From: Clostridia bacterium
GTDB lineage: Bacteria; Bacillota; Clostridia; HGM11514
Length of the DNA: 64,000 nt
Assembly (NCBI GenBank): GCA_045586685.1
Contig: JAZNAU010000042.1
Location: 7,822 to 71,821, forward strand
Reading direction: 5' to 3'
The position numbers and the translations under genes are program-made. The notes under the pieces were generated by a model. That model worked only from the letters and a program-made list of their open reading frames with translations. It searched no databases and was not told the DNA's origin. Shown here in pieces: positions 60,352-64,000 of this stretch (position 1 is the first letter of the stretch; each line of letters starts with the position of its first letter).

Positions 60352-61494
60352 TTAAGATTCATATTTAACATCACCTTTTTTTATCGTTTTCATCACATTA
60401 AATTGATTGTCCAGAATAACCAAATCTGCTTCCTTACCAACCTCAATGGAGCCTTTTTTATCCTCAAGACCGATTGCCGTTGCGGGATTTAAGGAGGCAC
60501 AGTTTACGCATTCCCATAGGGGGATAGAAGAATTGGTGTAAACATTCCATACACCCTCATTCATCTTTAGAACACTTCCTGCAACAGTTCCTTCTTCCAG
60601 ACGGCAGACAATATCCCTGTAAATAATTTTATTCCCCCCTAAGGTATATTCTCCATAGGGCAAGCCACCGGCAGGAAGACAGTCTGTAATAAAGCAAAGC
60701 TTTCTGCCCTTCATCTTATACACCAAATCATAAAGAGCCGGAGAAACGTGAAATGCATCAACTATAAGCTCACAACTGATATCAGTATTCAAAGCAGCTG
60801 TTACAACGCCGGGGGCACGGTGTGCCAGAGGTGACATAGCGTTGAAAAGATGGGTAGCATGACCCACACCGTTTGCAATACTATCCATAGCCGTGTCATA
60901 ATCTGCTGAGGTGTGACCTATGGATATAACAACATCGGTATCTTTACGGATTTCTCTTATGGCATCAAAATTTTCGGTATCTTCTTCCGGTGCCAAAGAA
61001 ATAATTTTAATAATATCAGCATACTCTTTTACAAAATCAGCATCTGGTGCTAAGATATACTTGGGATCCTGAGCACCTTTTTTGGCCTTACTGATAAAAG
61101 GACCTTCCGCATGAATACCTAAGATTTCACTACCGTCCCAGCTCTTACTTTTTTCTTTTAAGGTTCTTACAACCTCAAGAGACTTTTTGATAATCTTCAT
61201 ATCTACTGTCATTGTAGTAGGCAAATAAGAGGTTACTCCGTTTGCAATAATGCCTTTTGAAATGGTTCTGATGCTTTCTTCTTCACCATCGCAAACGTCT
61301 TTCCCAAGATATCCGTGAATATGTAAATCAATGAATCCGGGAGTCACATATCCCCCATTTGCATCAATGACCTCACATCCTTTTGGAACCTCCTCACAAG
61401 GCATAATATCCTCAATAACATTAGAGTATAATACTGCGCTGTTTTCCAGAATTCTGTCTTTTAAAATAATCTTACCGTTTACAATTGCCCTCAT
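60352..61494 (-). CDS. nagA: N-acetylglucosamine-6-phosphate deacetylase
   Basis: 380 aa amidohydrolase with FIDLHIHG metal-binding motif. Confidence 0.9.
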   Translation of the reverse strand: MRAIVNGKIILKDRILENSAVLYSNVIEDIMPCEEVPKGCEVIDANGGYVTPGFIDLHIHGYLGKDVCDGEEESIRTISKGIIANGVTSYLPTTMTVDMKIIKKSLEVVRTLKEKSKSWDGSEILGIHAEGPFISKAKKGAQDPKYILAPDADFVKEYADIIKIISLAPEEDTENFDAIREIRKDTDVVISIGHTSADYDTAMDSIANGVGHATHLFNAMSPLAHRAPGVVTAALNTDISCELIVDAFHVSPALYDLVYKMKGRKLCFITDCLPAGGLPYGEYTLGGNKIIYRDIVCRLEEGTVAGSVLKMNEGVWNVYTNSSIPLWECVNCASLNPATAIGLEDKKGSIEVGKEADLVILDNQFNVMKTIKKGDVKYES

Positions 61495-61534
61495 GCATTT
61501 TTCCTTATTTCTTTCTTTGAGTTATTATGTATCA

Positions 61535-61562
61535 TTATATCATGATTTTTTTAAAGACGCAA
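61535..61562 (-). promoter_or_regulatory. sigma-A promoter for nagA (extended -10)
   Basis: Minus-strand TTGCGT, 16 nt, then TGaTATAAT. Confidence 0.55.
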
Positions 61563-61689
61563 TGGTTTTAAATCAATTCATTCCTACACCGGCAATTTCG
61601 TTGGCAAAGATAGGCAGTTCCTTTGCCATGTCATATCCGCAATACGGACATTTTATTCAATTTTATTCACCTGCTTAAATTTTTGCAAC

Positions 61690-61716
61690 AAAAAACACCC
61701 GATAAGGTGCTTTTAT
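61690..61716. terminator. bidirectional terminator, ~225 nt downstream of gpr
   Basis: aaaaaCACCcgataaGGTGctttt. Confidence 0.5.
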
Positions 61717-61940
61717 AATAAATTATTTAGACATTCTACTTACATCAATAATAGATATCTTAATATCTACCCAGTGATGTTCATTTTTTGCGAAGCTAAT
61801 GACAACTGCCCGTTTTTCTTTTGTACTTTCGTAAAGAAGGGCGCTTATACAACCGCCGTGGCTACACCGCTTCTTTTAATTTTTTGTCCTTTAGAACACT
61901 CGCTCAAACGGGGAGCATTTATATTTGTCACTGTCTTTCC

Positions 61941-62897
61941 CTAATTTTGTAATTGCAGCAATTCCTGATAATCAAAATCGGGGTGAAAGGTCAGATTGAG
62001 GCCGGATGCTAATATTTTTGAAACAGCTGTAACCGCAAAATCAGCATCCTTCGGTGCTACAATCAGATTTTCCTTGTGAAGGACTTCTCTTAACGCATCA
62101 TAAGGATTTTCCAACAAGATGGATAATCTTTTTAACTCATCCTTTTTTTGAGACTGGTTGCAAAGTGCTTGTAACAACAATTCTACAGCATCACCGGCAA
62201 TGGTTGCCGCATCCACAACAGTAGGAACACCGATTCCGATAACGGGTACGCCAATGCTTTCTTCCGTCAATGCAAAACGGTGATTTCCTACCCCTGCTCC
62301 CGGACTGATCCCCGTATCACAAAGCTGAATGGTGGTATTGACACGGCTCATTTTCCGTGATGCAAGAGCATCAATGGCAATGACACAATCAGGCTTTAAA
62401 GAATCTGTAATACCCTTTATAATTTCTCCTGTTTCAATCCCCGTAAGTCCCAGTACACCGGGTGAAATAGCACAAACCTCTTTTGCTTCCGTTCTTTCAG
62501 GAAGAAACTCTTTTAAATGCCGTGTAACAAACAACTTTGATGCAGTTTTCGGCCCTAATGCATCGGGAGTAATATTCCAGTTGCCCAAACCTGCTACAAA
62601 CACACATTTGCAATTTTCGGGCAATAACCGTTCCAATTCCTGAGATAAAATTTTGCTGATTCGCTCCGCATCGGCAGGATTTCCTGATGTTAATTCCCTG
62701 CATTCTAAGGTAACATAATTACCCTCAGGTTTTCCAAGCAACTGCTCTCCTCGGCTGTTTAAAATCCGTACGCGGGTAACCAGTACACCGTCCTGTTCCT
62801 CCGTTCTCGTCTCAACACCTGCGGGTTCTTTGTTCTTATTTTGTTCGCAATAAAATTCTCTGGCCTCCATTGCCAGATCAGTTCTGATTTGTCTCAT
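61941..62897 (-). CDS. gpr: germination protease GPR (spore endopeptidase)
   Basis: 318 aa from GPR family A25 (MRQIRTDLAMEA..., DTGISPGAGVGN). Confidence 0.9.
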   Translation of the reverse strand: MRQIRTDLAMEAREFYCEQNKNKEPAGVETRTEEQDGVLVTRVRILNSRGEQLLGKPEGNYVTLECRELTSGNPADAERISKILSQELERLLPENCKCVFVAGLGNWNITPDALGPKTASKLFVTRHLKEFLPERTEAKEVCAISPGVLGLTGIETGEIIKGITDSLKPDCVIAIDALASRKMSRVNTTIQLCDTGISPGAGVGNHRFALTEESIGVPVIGIGVPTVVDAATIAGDAVELLLQALCNQSQKKDELKRLSILLENPYDALREVLHKENLIVAPKDADFAVTAVSKILASGLNLTFHPDFDYQELLQLQN

Positions 62898-62949
62898 CCC
62901 TAATCACCTCAAGGATAGTATAAATCAAAACAGAAAAAATATCCCTATC

Positions 62950-64000
62950 TTACAGCAAGCCTTCTTCCTGCATATTCTGAATCGCCTTCATCAAGCCAAT
63001 TTTTGCTGATTCGTACGTCATACCCCCCTGTACATACGCTACATAGGGTTCTTTAATAGGAGCATCTGCACTTAATTCACTGGTAGCACCTTGCACAAAG
63101 GTTCCTGCCGCCATAATCACCTGATGCTGATAGCCGGGCATATCCCAAGGTTGAGGTACTGCATAAGAGTCAACAGGAGATCCCTTCTGGATTCCCTGAC
63201 AAAAGCTGATAAGTTTCTTTTCGTCTTCAAATCGAATTGCCTGAATGGTGCAATACCGTTCATCCGAAGCAGTCGGATGAACCCCAAACCCCAGTTCTTC
63301 AAACACCGCACCGCACAATGCCGCCGTCTTCAAATTTTGTGCAACGGTATGGGGTGCCAAAAACAAGCCTTGGTACAAATTCCTGTTATTTCCCAAAGTT
63401 GCGCCCTCATGTCTGCCAATTCCCGGTGCCGTCAGCCGAAAAGATGCCAATTCAACCAAATCCTTTTTGCCCGCAACATAAGCCCCGCTTGGTGCCAGTC
63501 CGCCACCCAGATTTTTTATGAGAGAGCCTGCAATCAAATCGGCTCCTACGGATAGCGGTTCCTCCTCCTCTACAAATTCACCATAACAATTATCTACCGC
63601 ACAAATACAATCAGGATACCGCTCTTTGATTGCCTTACATAACCGACCGATTTCTTTATTGCACAAAGAATCACGCCAGCCGTAGCCCTTTGATTTTTGA
63701 ACCCAGACCACCTTTACCTTTTCGTCCATCAAGTGAAGCACACCGTCAATATCCAATTTCCCTTCCTTAGTCAAATCCGCCTGACGGTATTCTACTCCAA
63801 ATTCCTTTAACGAGCCTCTTCCGTCACCGCTGATTCCGATGACCTCCTCCAAGGTATCATAAGGTTTTCCTGCAGCTGAAAGCAAAACATCTCCGGGACG
63901 AAGAAGTCCGTACAAACACAGTGCCAAAGCGTGGGTTCCTGACACAATACTGTGACGTACCAAGGCATCCTCGCCACCCATCACCTGTGCAAAAATTTCA
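62950..64000 (-). CDS. PLP-dependent methionine gamma-lyase family protein (YnbB/aluminium-resistance-like); N-terminus lies beyond the window
   Basis: Open frame to the window edge with a Cys/Met-metabolism PLP-enzyme-like sequence. The stop is at 62950. There is no start codon within the window. Confidence 0.75.
   Translation of the reverse strand, partial: EIFAQVMGGEDALVRHSIVSGTHALALCLYGLLRPGDVLLSAAGKPYDTLEEVIGISGDGRGSLKEFGVEYRQADLTKEGKLDIDGVLHLMDEKVKVVWVQKSKGYGWRDSLCNKEIGRLCKAIKERYPDCICAVDNCYGEFVEEEEPLSVGADLIAGSLIKNLGGGLAPSGAYVAGKKDLVELASFRLTAPGIGRHEGATLGNNRNLYQGLFLAPHTVAQNLKTAALCGAVFEELGFGVHPTASDERYCTIQAIRFEDEKKLISFCQGIQKGSPVDSYAVPQPWDMPGYQHQVIMAAGTFVQGATSELSADAPIKEPYVAYVQGGMTYESAKIGLMKAIQNMQEEGLL

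Noticed and set aside
61717-61940. glmS ribozyme or other known riboswitch near nagA/gpr
   Set aside because: No glmS core motifs could be recognised. The region is downstream of gpr rather than upstream of an amino-sugar synthase. It is kept only as a low-interest possible 3' UTR element.
62898-62949. Forespore sigma-F/sigma-G promoter upstream of gpr (GGATAT, 17 nt, then ATACTA)
   Set aside because: The match to the GnATR / CATnnTA consensus is partial and was judged by eye only. It is too weak to list as a feature without a position-weight-matrix score.

Overview
This is a 64 kb chromosomal segment from a spore-forming Clostridia-type Firmicute. It is gene-dense (~63 CDS, about three quarters on the minus strand) and consists almost entirely of conserved housekeeping loci. 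The evidence for a sporeformer is gpr, yloU-yloV-recG, ymcB(miaB)-ricA-mutS-mutL-miaA-hfq and the ylmE-sepF-ylmG-ylmH-ileS cluster. Recognisable blocks, left to right: ffh-ylxM; an MFS transporter; guaB; an MBOAT/DHHW O-acyltransferase pair; an orphan trpB behind a Trp T-box leader; an LCP protein; recG-yloV-yloU; a YhaN/YhaO-like ATPase-nuclease pair; the trmR-U32 peptidase tRNA-modification pair; CPBP protease, DJ-1, an Eis-like GNAT, DUF2156, tmk-thyX and tagA; manA, a flavodiiron protein, rubredoxin and a ZIP transporter; rpmG-secE-nusG-rplK-rplA; citrate synthase; rlmD-rluD-lspA-aroB-ileS; the division cluster; hfq-miaA-mutL-mutS-ricA-miaB; ttcA-galU; SLH-anchored M13 peptidase and GH18 hydrolase; nagA; gpr; and a PLP lyase. 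No tRNA, rRNA, CRISPR, transposase or prophage genes were seen. The one clearly non-standard locus is an AT-rich ~1 kb islet at 25.8-26.8 kb between tagA and manA. There a consensus sigma-A promoter drives a ~170-nt leader made of eight copies of the 8-mer CATGAATT/AATTCATG (four per orientation, mirror-symmetric) interleaved with unrelated short hairpin-forming palindromes. The leader is followed immediately by a four-helix-bundle (23S-IVS/Avd-like) protein gene and a truncated-looking small ORF. I regard this promoter / hairpin-array leader / four-helix-bundle unit as the best candidate for an undescribed system. Secondary observations: a Trp T-box; duplicated L1-site mimics in the rplK/rplA leaders; a DHHW-SGNH-DUF4358 triple fusion partnered with MBOAT; and a terminator that occludes the GH18 gene's RBS.
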